DNA of 64,000 bases, taken from NCBI GenBank assembly GCA_964573135.1, contig CAZNIO010000001.1, positions 28,612 to 92,611 of the forward strand. Reading direction: 5' to 3'. The first letter of the stretch is position 1. Each line of letters starts with the position of its first letter. A program made the translations under genes and the position numbers. The notes under the pieces were generated by a model. The model did not search any database, was not told the origin of the DNA, and saw nothing but the letters and a program-made list of their open reading frames with translations. Positions 49,483 to 59,067 of the stretch are shown here, one piece after another. The DNA is from an uncultured Gammaproteobacteria bacterium. GTDB taxonomy: Bacteria > Patescibacteriota > Patescibacteriia > UBA2196 > GWA2-42-15.

Positions 49483-52400
49483 CTAAAAACACTTACACCA
49501 ATATATTAAATACTCAAGTACAAAGACCAATACACTTACAGCCACAATACTTAATATCAATAAATTAAATGCTACCTTGTCTTTCTTGGTTAATCCTAAT
49601 ATAAAGGCCAAGGCGCACAAGGCGTATATAATAATCACTCCTACCCAGCCCATCGGGCTAAATCCCTGGCAAAATATTAAGGTAATAACTGGAGCCAAGG
49701 TAGCGAGTACTGCCACGCTTGTCCTCCTGGCTACATCCGAAGTATCTGCCATTAGCCAATGCATTGCGAATAAGGTTCCAAAATATGCCAGCAATACTAA
49801 AGCCAAAGGCAAAGCCGATAAATTACCAATTAAGAATAAAATTAGAAATATTACTACCATGCCCAGTATACCTGGCCACCACCAAATCCAACTACCCTTA
49901 AATTGAAATTTATCATTTTCTTCATTTTCTTTTGGCTTATCAAATTTACTGTCTGTCTCTTCACCTGGATCAAATGCTCCACCTTCTTTATCATCTTCAC
50001 CAGATGCTAGGAAATAGTAATAAACAGCCAATACTATAACATGTACTAAAGCTACTAGCAACCACATCCACCATAAAGATCCATCGTCACACTTAGTTGT
50101 CCCTAAAACTTCTCCATTTTTATCATCATCGCCGGCTACCTCTCCATTCTCTTTCTCAGTTTCATCAGTTGTGGCAGCTGAAGAAACCTCAATTTCTTCT
50201 GGAGTGCCACCTGTTGGAGTACCGCCAGTCGTTCCTGTTCCACCCACAGCTCCTCCTTCTTCTCCGCCACCTGTACCGCCTTCTTCTTCCTCAGGCCCAC
50301 CGCCCACTCCTGCAAAAAAGATATCTTCAAGCATTGAACCCATGTCATTGGCTTGATCAAAGACTACTGATACTTGAGTTATTGCTTCACCTTCATTTTC
50401 TGCTAATACTTCAATTGCAAAAATTTGGTCACTGCCCACACTTAGGGCGCTCATATCCCAAGTAGCAACTTGGGTGCTGGTCGTATAGGAAGTCCAAGCA
50501 GGATTAGCCCCTACAAAACTCAACTTATCTTCAGGTAAATCTACGGTCAATATTTCATTTGTTAATATTATATTTCCCGTATTCGAGACGACGATTGTTT
50601 CGGTGTATACTTCACCTACCTCTTTAATTAAATCATATGTTAAATCCAATTCCACATCAGGCCGTGAGGTAAAGCTACCTCCACCGCCTCCGCTACTCTT
50701 TTCTTCTAAAATACATGAAGAATTACATTGATACCCATCTGGAGCACTACCATCACATTCTTCCTCTCCATTAACTATATTATCTCCACAATAACCAGAA
50801 TAGTAGTTATAGAAATCAATAGTAGTTGTGGGTACTTCTTCTACTAAGTTAAATGCATAATATAAGGGATCTATAGGATAAGTCTGTGACCAGCCATTCT
50901 GGGCTGTCTCAGACACCTTATAATCCCCGCTAACTAGCTCCGTAAACCTATAACAACCAAAATATTCAGATTGCTCATCACTCTCAGTACTCTGCCGATC
51001 CACTTCTACAAAGCTGCTCTCTTCCTCTCTCTCCAAAACCATTTCAAATCCACCTACCTTTTCTTCTCCATCATCCAATACCCCATTATTATTCACATCA
51101 TCATATTTACAGCCAAATATATATCCTTCTGGCCCATCGTAGTAGTTTATAAAATTAGTTGTGGTGGCTGTACCAGATATAAGGGTAAATGAACTTGAGG
51201 TTGCCGATAATGCAGTCCAATATGTTGGACTATCTTCAATTACCGTATAATCTCCAGGAATTAAACCATTAAATTCATAATATCCATCCACATCTGTTGT
51301 AGTTGTGGCCACTGGTATTGAATCCGAGCTAGAATTAAATAAATTAATCAACCAATCAGATTTTAATACCCTATCACCCGCAGTTTCTGAATCTCCATCC
51401 ATATCCTCATGCTTATACCCTGAAATGGTTGAATACTCTGTGTTATAATATGAAACTTCTACAGTTTGATCCGTTGCCACATTAAATGAATGACCCTGCA
51501 ATTCATCATTCAATAAATACCAATTATCTCTTACCTCTTCAGTAACTGTATGATTACCCGGTACTACGCTAAATAGAGCATAACCATTAACTGTTGTAGT
51601 TGCTGTAGAGCTAGTCGCTCCAGAATCAACCGTAAAACTCCAATCCGAAACTGGAAAAATATCACTATTTGGATTCTCAGTTGAACCATCCATATCTTTA
51701 TATTTCCAAATCTTAAGATATCCGGGTAAAATAGGGGGTCCGGTTCCACAACTGGCGTCAGCTACGTTTTGAGTTGTATCTGTACAATATGTATGTTCAG
51801 TTAAATTATTTCTTGTTTGCTCTCGCTGTGTTGAAGACACGCATGCTCCATCTACCCAGGGGGAATAATCACAATTACAATCTGTATCTGGCTCTTCTTG
51901 ATTATATACTCCGCCACATGTCGGATCATTCCATGAATAATATACTGTTGCATATCCGTCTGACACACACATTCGATCATCTTCACTTTCAACGCAATCA
52001 ATACCGCCACAGGCGTCATTTACCGCCCCAGGTGTACCTGAATCTCCTGCGCCATAAGTAGATGACGATTCACACCAATTGGATCCAACGTTATTATCCA
52101 AATTAGGATTTGAAAGAATCATTGATTTACCAGGATATTGAATCGGGAATCCGCTATTGTATTCTACTCTGTCAATTTCCACGCCATTGCAGGTCAAAAC
52201 TACCTCATCAGCTAAATTGCCAAGCACAAAGCTAGTATATTTATAATCACCAGATACCCCACCATTACTTCCAGTATCGTCGTCTCTGACAAGAACTATA
52301 TACCCGTCCTGAGAAATCAATAAAGATGAACCAATAATATGTAAATTTCCATTGTTATCACTTATCTCACACCCTTGTAAATCTAAAACCTTATCCGAAT

Positions 52401-54063
52401 TATTATATAATTCAAACCATTCACCATAAATATCTGAAACCTTGCCAGGATTTTGCATTATTTCATTAATAACTATATCCCCAGGCTGGATACCTTCTGG
52501 GGCATCTGTTTCATTATTATCTGTTCCACTATCACACCCTGGATCATCTGAATAATCAATTTTACCATCTATGTCATTGTCAACTCCGTCATTACATTGA
52601 TAAGTAATCACACACTGGCTAGAACATCCATCTCCGTCATCCAAATTCCCATCATCACATTCTTCTCCAGCCTCCAAAGTGCTATTACCGCATACTGGAT
52701 CAGATATTTCAATGATACATTGTGCTGAGCATCCGTCATCATCATCTGTATTTCCATCATCGCAGTCTTCCCCATCTTCTTGAATATTATTTCCACATTC
52801 TGGATCAGCTATTTCTACCACACACTGGCTAGAACATCCATCTCCGTCATCCAAATTGCCATCATCGCATTCTTCTCCTGCATCATCAATACTATTTCCG
52901 CATTCTGGATAATAGTTAGCAAAATCCTGATCTGCTACATCATTATGTCCTGCAATAGTCACTGCATAGCTTTCGCTTTGAGGATAAGTCTGCGCCCAAC
53001 CTAGTTGTGGGGTTTCAGATATTGTATAATCCCCGTCTTCCAAACCAGAAAAAGTGTAACATCCGTCAATAGTTGTTTGCGTAGTAGTTGCTACTCCATT
53101 ATTCAAATTTATTTCCCAATCTGATATCGTCAGCTCATCCTGATCAATTTCTCCGTTATTATTCACATCATTGTATTTACACCCGGAAACTGAACCATAC
53201 TCACAAATTTGTTGTGAAATATCTTCATAAATACCAGTCAAGTCATCACCGCTAGGTGCATGATGATATGTAGCTCCAGTAGTATTGGCAATATTTTGTA
53301 ACATTCCTTCATTAATATCACCGTTACTTCCCAGCCCAATCGTAAATATCTTATAACCCAAATTAGCTGCTTCTTCTGCTTTGCTTTCAGCATAAGTCAC
53401 ATCAGCCGGATACTCATCATAGCCATAACCATTTGGCTTGTTGGCCTTGCCATCAGTCAAAAGAATCATCACTTTAGTCGCCTGAGGATTGGCTCTTTCA
53501 GAAACTAATTCCCCAATACCAAAATTTATTGCATCACCAATATTAGTCGCACCGCCTGACACCAAACTGTCAACTGCACTCTTGGTTGCACTATGATTAC
53601 CGCTCAACGCCTGGTTAAGTAAAGCAAAATCACTAAAAGACACCAAAGCAGACTGATCGTTCACGCCCATATTATTTACAAAGGCTTTAGCTGCGTCTTT
53701 AGCTGCATTAATTTTACTCTGAGAGGCTGGGGTATAGCTATAACCAGTACAAGGTAAACCACTTTCCTGAGTAGCACACCACTCCTCACTTACACCTTCT
53801 TGTACATAGGGAACACAAGAGGGGGGCTCATACTCGTACCACTCGCATCTGCTTGGTGCTTCCCCGTCCGTCATACTCCCTGATCTATCCATAATCAAAA
53901 CCACATCAACTGCCACTTCACACAAATCATCTACTGGTTGCACCGCCGATGCCGTTGGCACAGGCACAGACGCAACGCCAGTAAAAAAAGAACCAAACAC
54001 CAACATAAAAATAGAAAAACAAGTGACGAGCTTGGATATCCTTTTTTTGGCTAATAAATACAT
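49483..54063 (-). CDS. Giant multidomain surface adhesin: vWA, SdrD-B/Cna-B repeats, Myxococcus-type Cys-rich (DUF4215) repeats, lamin-tail domain, C-terminal multi-TM anchor
   Basis: Signal peptide; DRSGS/LLTDG MIDAS; GCKYND.NNNG..D repeats; CGN....GEECDDGN..DGDGCSSQC repeats; INEIM.NP..GEWFELYN; GEVLG; several C-terminal TM helices. Confidence 0.88.
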   Translation of the reverse strand: MYLLAKKRISKLVTCFSIFMLVFGSFFTGVASVPVPTASAVQPVDDLCEVAVDVVLIMDRSGSMTDGEAPSRCEWYEYEPPSCVPYVQEGVSEEWCATQESGLPCTGYSYTPASQSKINAAKDAAKAFVNNMGVNDQSALVSFSDFALLNQALSGNHSATKSAVDSLVSGGATNIGDAINFGIGELVSERANPQATKVMILLTDGKANKPNGYGYDEYPADVTYAESKAEEAANLGYKIFTIGLGSNGDINEGMLQNIANTTGATYHHAPSGDDLTGIYEDISQQICEYGSVSGCKYNDVNNNGEIDQDELTISDWEINLNNGVATTTQTTIDGCYTFSGLEDGDYTISETPQLGWAQTYPQSESYAVTIAGHNDVADQDFANYYPECGNSIDDAGEECDDGNLDDGDGCSSQCVVEIADPECGNNIQEDGEDCDDGNTDDDDGCSAQCIIEISDPVCGNSTLEAGEECDDGNLDDGDGCSSQCVITYQCNDGVDNDIDGKIDYSDDPGCDSGTDNNETDAPEGIQPGDIVINEIMQNPGKVSDIYGEWFELYNNSDKVLDLQGCEISDNNGNLHIIGSSLLISQDGYIVLVRDDDTGSNGGVSGDYKYTSFVLGNLADEVVLTCNGVEIDRVEYNSGFPIQYPGKSMILSNPNLDNNVGSNWCESSSTYGAGDSGTPGAVNDACGGIDCVESEDDRMCVSDGYATVYYSWNDPTCGGVYNQEEPDTDCNCDYSPWVDGACVSSTQREQTRNNLTEHTYCTDTTQNVADASCGTGPPILPGYLKIWKYKDMDGSTENPNSDIFPVSDWSFTVDSGATSSTATTTVNGYALFSVVPGNHTVTEEVRDNWYLLNDELQGHSFNVATDQTVEVSYYNTEYSTISGYKHEDMDGDSETAGDRVLKSDWLINLFNSSSDSIPVATTTTDVDGYYEFNGLIPGDYTVIEDSPTYWTALSATSSSFTLISGTATTTNFINYYDGPEGYIFGCKYDDVNNNGVLDDGEEKVGGFEMVLEREEESSFVEVDRQSTESDEQSEYFGCYRFTELVSGDYKVSETAQNGWSQTYPIDPLYYAFNLVEEVPTTTIDFYNYYSGYCGDNIVNGEEECDGSAPDGYQCNSSCILEEKSSGGGGGSFTSRPDVELDLTYDLIKEVGEVYTETIVVSNTGNIILTNEILTVDLPEDKLSFVGANPAWTSYTTSTQVATWDMSALSVGSDQIFAIEVLAENEGEAITQVSVVFDQANDMGSMLEDIFFAGVGGGPEEEEGGTGGGEEGGAVGGTGTTGGTPTGGTPEEIEVSSAATTDETEKENGEVAGDDDKNGEVLGTTKCDDGSLWWMWLLVALVHVIVLAVYYYFLASGEDDKEGGAFDPGEETDSKFDKPKENEENDKFQFKGSWIWWWPGILGMVVIFLILFLIGNLSALPLALVLLAYFGTLFAMHWLMADTSDVARRTSVAVLATLAPVITLIFCQGFSPMGWVGVIIIYALCALAFILGLTKKDKVAFNLLILSIVAVSVLVFVLEYLIYWCKCF

Positions 54064-54116
54064 AGTACTTTTATTAATTTTAATTTAATAATTTATAATT
54101 CCAGAAATATTCTGGT

Positions 54117-55079
54117 TTAATTTGCACTTTGAACTTTTTTCTTTGGATTGTTTTTTTGTATATATACTCTTACAATCCTAATAATTATCACTAAAATACT
54201 CACGATAACAGCTAAAGCTATTAAATAAACCCAACTATTCATATCGCTTGCTCCTTTCACAATACCGCCCCAAAAACCCGTATTATTAAGTGTGAAAAAA
54301 AACTGATCGCGATGCTTCTCTTCTCCATTAAGAGTAATAATAGCCTCAACCCTATATTTACCCTGTTTTAAATCATCTGTATTACGCACAACCTCAATCA
54401 CCTTCGTTGCACGTGGGCGAACAGGTGCTTCCATTTCAGGATAAGGATAAATAACATTAAAAATTTCCTTTTCAGAAGAATCAAATATTTTAACCTGTGC
54501 ATTTGGCCTAATGGCAATATTCCCATTATTTGTGTAAATCATCTTTATTTTTAAAGGTGTATTCTTCTTAACAACATATTTTTCGGGCATTACTGTCGCT
54601 TTAAAATCAACGATCTCTTCATCAGTTACAACTATTTTAACTGGTCGATCAAATTTTTGGGCAATACCCACAACAAATTCCCCCTCATCTCCCTCACTAG
54701 AAGATGGGGAAATAAGAGCTACTAAAGATCCATTATATTCACCATTCGGCGTATCATCAGGTATTCTTATAAATACCCTTGCCTTAGCCCACTCCTCGGA
54801 CAAAGCAGTAATTTCAGTTATTAAGCCCTCTATATCACCTGACTGCTTATAAGAAACCCAATCAGCTATATCACCTTCCGCACTGAGCTTAAAAACAATC
54901 TCGGAATCACTTGTATTAACCAAACTCAATAATTCCTCAACTTCCTGCCCACGCATAGCGTCTTCTATCTCAATTGATTGAGAAATAATGCCAGAAGCAG
55001 ACACAAATAAAGGCATTATTAAACTGAATACACCAAGTATTACAATAGCTTTACCTATATTTTTCTTATTTATATTCAT
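54117..55079 (-). CDS. Secreted Ig-like protein with C-terminal TM anchor (DUF916/WxL-interacting-like)
   Basis: Signal peptide, IP.DTPNGEYNG, NNGNIAIRP, GKYRVEA, C-terminal TM and basic tail; family assignment inferred. Confidence 0.6.
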   Translation of the reverse strand: MNINKKNIGKAIVILGVFSLIMPLFVSASGIISQSIEIEDAMRGQEVEELLSLVNTSDSEIVFKLSAEGDIADWVSYKQSGDIEGLITEITALSEEWAKARVFIRIPDDTPNGEYNGSLVALISPSSSEGDEGEFVVGIAQKFDRPVKIVVTDEEIVDFKATVMPEKYVVKKNTPLKIKMIYTNNGNIAIRPNAQVKIFDSSEKEIFNVIYPYPEMEAPVRPRATKVIEVVRNTDDLKQGKYRVEAIITLNGEEKHRDQFFFTLNNTGFWGGIVKGASDMNSWVYLIALAVIVSILVIIIRIVRVYIQKNNPKKKVQSAN

Positions 55080-55128
55080 ATTTGTTATTTATTAATAATA
55101 TTAATAACCTCCTAATTTTGAAACGACT

Positions 55129-55197
55129 TTTAAGAGGACTAAAGCCAAACACTACTTAGCTGTAATCCTCTTAAGGAGTGTTAAAACACTCCTTAAG
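55129..55197 (-). promoter_or_regulatory. Tandem intergenic hairpins (mRNA stabiliser or partial terminator)
   Basis: cttaaggagtgtt/aacactccttaag and ttaagagga/tcctcttaa inverted repeats after the first gene of the operon. Confidence 0.55.
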
Positions 55198-55214
55198 TTT
55201 CAAATTACCAAATA

Positions 55215-56459
55215 CTACTTACTGCATGTTCTAAATTCTGCTTTTTGGCTTGAAAGAGTCATTTCACCAGAACCAGCAAGATTAGGCCACTGTTTAATCA
55301 TGATTTGGAAATCAATTTTTTCATCTTCAGATAGATCTAAAATATCTTCCAAAGTGGCTGTTTCATAAGGGGTATATTCCCACCAATCTGCCTCTTCGTG
55401 CCCAAGTCTGGCACGATAAGCAACATTATATGACAAATCAGACTGCTGGCCGAATTCCATATCATCCTGGTATACATCTATGTAAAGACGCACATTACCA
55501 AGATTTCTAATGGTTGGCATGTCAACTGTTGCCATATCTTGATCGCCATGAGGACCATACCATTGATTCAAGTTATCAACAATTCCATAATTAACACCAA
55601 CTTGATCAAAATCAACTTCAAAAGACTTTAATTCCAAATAAGTCATTAAGTTTGTGACTTCATCTTTTAAAGTATTGTCGTTTTGAGCCTTAACATGAAT
55701 TGTATATTCACCTGCTGGATCCTCATAATAAAGGCTTCTTGTCCCACAGTAAACATATGCTTGTTCCTGAGGTAGTGTAACTCCGCAGATTTCATTATAC
55801 TCATCATTGGTATAAAAATGGGTTAGATTACCACTATGATAATCTTTAATATTAGCAGAATTAACACTGCCGTCAGCTCTAGTACCACAGAATAATTCTA
55901 GTCCATCTTCTTTTGTCAACTGAGTCAATTCAAGTTCGTTACCGAAAACGTCCTGAAAACAACCTGTGTCTGAAGGATCATAACCAGTTGAAGGTACATC
56001 CTGAGGTGTTAATACGCTTGTTGCGGGGCCACCATCGATTTGATCAGCTATAGTGGAATGAGGATGAAAGCCATATCCTATTGGATAATGAACTTCGTTA
56101 ACCCAAACACCAGCCAAATCTTGATTGCCACTACTGTTAGTTACACCATCTGTAACGATGGCACAAACTGTAAAAGGAACGCGACTTTCAAATAATCCGC
56201 TAGGACTTAGTTGAGTGAACGGATTAGTGCTATCATCTCTATCTGTATCATCCATATATGCAGGTGCCACTGATCCATTATCAAAACCTATCGCACTTTT
56301 TGTTTCCCATTTAGCCAAAATAATAGGAGCTGAGCCGCCTGTACCACCTTGCACAACGCTAGTCGGAACGGTAGTTGGAGTACCAGCTGCGACAGCAGGA
56401 ACACCTACCATACTAAATGTCAAAGCAAAAAGCAATGACATTATAAATAATTTTTTCAT
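55215..56459 (-). CDS. Secreted acidic beta-rich protein, candidate fibre or surface-layer subunit
   Basis: Signal peptide, no anchor, several Cys, PTIRNLGNV motif; first gene of the operon. Confidence 0.65.
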   Translation of the reverse strand: MKKLFIMSLLFALTFSMVGVPAVAAGTPTTVPTSVVQGGTGGSAPIILAKWETKSAIGFDNGSVAPAYMDDTDRDDSTNPFTQLSPSGLFESRVPFTVCAIVTDGVTNSSGNQDLAGVWVNEVHYPIGYGFHPHSTIADQIDGGPATSVLTPQDVPSTGYDPSDTGCFQDVFGNELELTQLTKEDGLELFCGTRADGSVNSANIKDYHSGNLTHFYTNDEYNEICGVTLPQEQAYVYCGTRSLYYEDPAGEYTIHVKAQNDNTLKDEVTNLMTYLELKSFEVDFDQVGVNYGIVDNLNQWYGPHGDQDMATVDMPTIRNLGNVRLYIDVYQDDMEFGQQSDLSYNVAYRARLGHEEADWWEYTPYETATLEDILDLSEDEKIDFQIMIKQWPNLAGSGEMTLSSQKAEFRTCSK

Positions 56460-56489
56460 AAATTTTATATTTACTAATAATATAATATA

Positions 56490-56820
56490 TTAAAGTATCT
56501 CTCAAAGAGCGAAACGACCTACCAATTCGTAAAGAAACGAACTGACAGGTGAGATCTCTCTAATCTTTGAAAAGATAGCTAATATATTCTTTCTAAAGAC
56601 TGAATTCGCCAGATCTTGGAATACAGTCTTAAATAGCCCCGACCTTTCATTTTCCCGCATATGCGGGATAAATGGCTTAGGATAACAAATATATTCATAT
56701 TTCCTATCCCAAGCCATTAAAAAACACCCTTAGCTAAAATAATCTGGATAATTCATATATTATTGAATTATTCACATTATTTTTTCTAAAGGCGTTTATG
56801 TCTATATATTGCAGACGTTT
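56490..56820 (-). promoter_or_regulatory. Long structured leader/attenuator between the Com-like gene and the surface operon
   Basis: At least five hairpins (56797-56722 followed by U6, 56718-56671, 56668-56653, 56630-56596, 56577-56496); G-U pairs in the first two favour the minus strand. Confidence 0.6.
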
Positions 56821-56865
56821 TGTACCTATAATGAATTATTTAGTTGTAATTATTCAGTAAGTTAA

Positions 56866-57111
56866 TTAATAACTGTCATCCTCATAATTACTAACTTCTC
56901 GTAATTCACCGTGGTACCCGTCCGTAGCTTGGTCATACACTTTACAATGTAATATTATCTCCTGTTTGGTTAATGTAAGAATATTTAAAGATTTACATTT
57001 GGGACATTTCTTCTCTTCTTTGAGCATGCCTTCTATCTTAGCGATATTGGCAAAATGATAAAAACATTTTGCACAACGCCACATATACATATAGTTCTGT
57101 GCTTGAGACAT
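56866..57111 (-). CDS. Com-like Zn-ribbon regulator
   Basis: WRCAKC...EKKCPKCKSLN matches the Mu Com family pattern RCxxC...KCPxC..xN. Confidence 0.65.
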   Translation of the reverse strand: MSQAQNYMYMWRCAKCFYHFANIAKIEGMLKEEKKCPKCKSLNILTLTKQEIILHCKVYDQATDGYHGELREVSNYEDDSY

Positions 57112-57358
57112 AATTACTCGTATTTATTATATAAATAAACTGCTCTAAACAAAAAAACAAGATCCCTCTATCCCCTCTTCCTTGTGTCCTAACCTATTCC
57201 ATTCTAAAATTTTATGATCTTGTTTCTAAAAATGTAACCCAAATTGTATTCATTATCTTAACACTCTTTATATAGAAGGGCAAATTGATTTATACCCAGA
57301 AATTTTTGCTAATAATAAGGGGAAAAAGAAATACTGTGGATAACTAAAAACTACAATT

Positions 57359-57404
57359 AAAAAACCCTCTGCAAAATATACAAATCTTTGCAAAGGGTTT
57401 TTTT
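57359..57404 (-). terminator. Intrinsic terminator
   Basis: aaaaccctctgcaaa...tttgcaaagggtttt. Confidence 0.65.
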
Positions 57405-57466
57405 ATTTAATCGGAGGAAAACTCGATTTATCCACCTCTATCCCGTAGAGGTATCCCGTCTATAAT

Positions 57467-57994
57467 TCATCCATTGTAACTGCGGCTAACCGAGTTATGC
57501 GACATCACGCTTGAATGGATTTCATTATAATGGATTACATCATTATCAGAAATGAGCAGGTTGGCGTTTACTGAATTTAAATTCATGTTAACTGATGGAG
57601 CACGTGCTCGCATACTTGAAATCACCATGGTTAAATTATCGACACTATTGCTTTCAGCTCTAACAATTGGCTGATTTGCGATAGTCGCCGCGACTATTAC
57701 TTCCAGAGAATCTGATACCATCATTGTATCTTTTTTACCTTCAGAGATAACAGCCATCAATATTGTGGTTTCTGTACTGTTCATCTCGGATAACGCAGCT
57801 TCTGATAAATTGACTAAATTAGTATCTAAAATTTTGAAATTATCGACGGACATTGCGTCATGCTGTGCCGATACCATTACGCCTTTTTCGCCATCATGGC
57901 TTAATACCGTTTCAGTTTGTACTGTTTGTGATGTGGTCAATAAAACTAAAATCACAATCATTAAAGCCAAGAAACGAGGGATTTTGTTTCCCAT
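57467..57994 (-). CDS. Hypothetical secreted S/N/M-rich protein
   Basis: Signal-peptide-like N-terminus; GGAGG SD. Confidence 0.55.
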   Translation of the reverse strand: MGNKIPRFLALMIVILVLLTTSQTVQTETVLSHDGEKGVMVSAQHDAMSVDNFKILDTNLVNLSEAALSEMNSTETTILMAVISEGKKDTMMVSDSLEVIVAATIANQPIVRAESNSVDNLTMVISSMRARAPSVNMNLNSVNANLLISDNDVIHYNEIHSSVMSHNSVSRSYNG

Positions 57995-58321
57995 AAGAAA
58001 CCTCCATAATTAAGAAGATTAAAATCCTCTGTTACTGTGATTTAATAAAACTATTAAAACAATAGTCTCACCTCCTTTCATATTTTTTGTGGGGTTTTTT
58101 TATATTTTTTTATTGGTTTTATTTGCTCTTTCAGTATACCAAACAGCCGATATAAGGCAAACAACGCATAAATAAAACAAAAAAACCTTTGTCTTATTCT
58201 TGTAAAATTAGCAACATTTTGCTAATCTATATATAGAACACAAGCCTAATTTACGTTGTTTTCTACTTTTCACATAAATATATAATAAAAAAATATAACA
58301 TCAAATAAGAAAGGAAACGAA

Positions 58322-58522
58322 ATGAATGAAGTAACCATCTGTCGACTATGTGCAATAGGAGGGGCTATCATCCTAATAGCCACCTGCCTACTGACACGAA
58401 ATTACTCCGCATCCGCTAGAATAATAATTAGCTGCGGAGTGGTAGCAATTTTAGGAAGAACAAATTGCTTTTCATTGTTCTTCATCCACCACAAAAATAC
58501 AAATATAAAATCACCCGAGTAG
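58322..58522 (+). CDS. Small hydrophobic hypothetical protein
   Basis: AAAGGA SD; two hydrophobic stretches; hairpin downstream. Confidence 0.45.
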   Translation: MNEVTICRLCAIGGAIILIATCLLTRNYSASARIIISCGVVAILGRTNCFSLFFIHHKNTNIKSPE

Positions 58523-58589
58523 GTCCGGGTGACCTTGCCCTAAAAAACCGTTAGAGAGAAGCCCTTCTCTTTTCTTTAACGGTTTTATA

Positions 58590-59066
58590 TTACCTACTAA
58601 TTATCTGAATAATATCATCCTCATCATATTGATTTAATCCCACCCCATTTGGTCCATACGACCCCACTACCGCCCTATCAACCCCGTCTACCTCATAATC
58701 ACTATCAAAAAAATAGTTATTTCCCCATGGATCCGCAGTTAAAATTTGGATATATGGACCTCTCCAATTGGGAAAACTGCCATCAGTTCTTTTTATACCC
58801 GCCACAGGCAAAAACAAATTTACAATCTCGTTATTATCACACGACCCACTACATGCCACATATGGCGTTTGATGACCCGGCCATTGCCTAGAATCTAATG
58901 CCAAAGCATCAATTGCTTTAGCAATTGTCGCTACATCAGCTTCAGCCTTTGTTTTTTTGGCATATTTTTTAGCATAATGACTACCACCCATGACTATGGT
59001 TGCTAAAAGAGCAATAATACCAATGACTACAAGTATTTCAATTAGAGTAAAACCTTTTTTCTCCAT
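58590..59066 (-). CDS. Type IV pilin / GspG-like pseudopilin
   Basis: KKGFTLIEILVVIGII prepilin motif, W.GPY, DPWGNNY, SYGPNG...DDI. Confidence 0.92.
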   Translation of the reverse strand: MEKKGFTLIEILVVIGIIALLATIVMGGSHYAKKYAKKTKAEADVATIAKAIDALALDSRQWPGHQTPYVACSGSCDNNEIVNLFLPVAGIKRTDGSFPNWRGPYIQILTADPWGNNYFFDSDYEVDGVDRAVVGSYGPNGVGLNQYDEDDIIQIISR

Positions 59067-59067
59067 A

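Noticed and set aside
52590-52910. Near-identical DNA direct repeats (acacactggctagaacatccatctccgtcatccaaatt)
   Set aside because: They encode the Cys-rich protein repeats of the adhesin; not CRISPR, and no reverse transcriptase is present to suggest a DGR
56502-56717. 71-aa minus-strand ORF in the structured leader
   Set aside because: No recognisable motif and its start is buried in a hairpin; the region is better explained as RNA structure, although a leader peptide is not excluded
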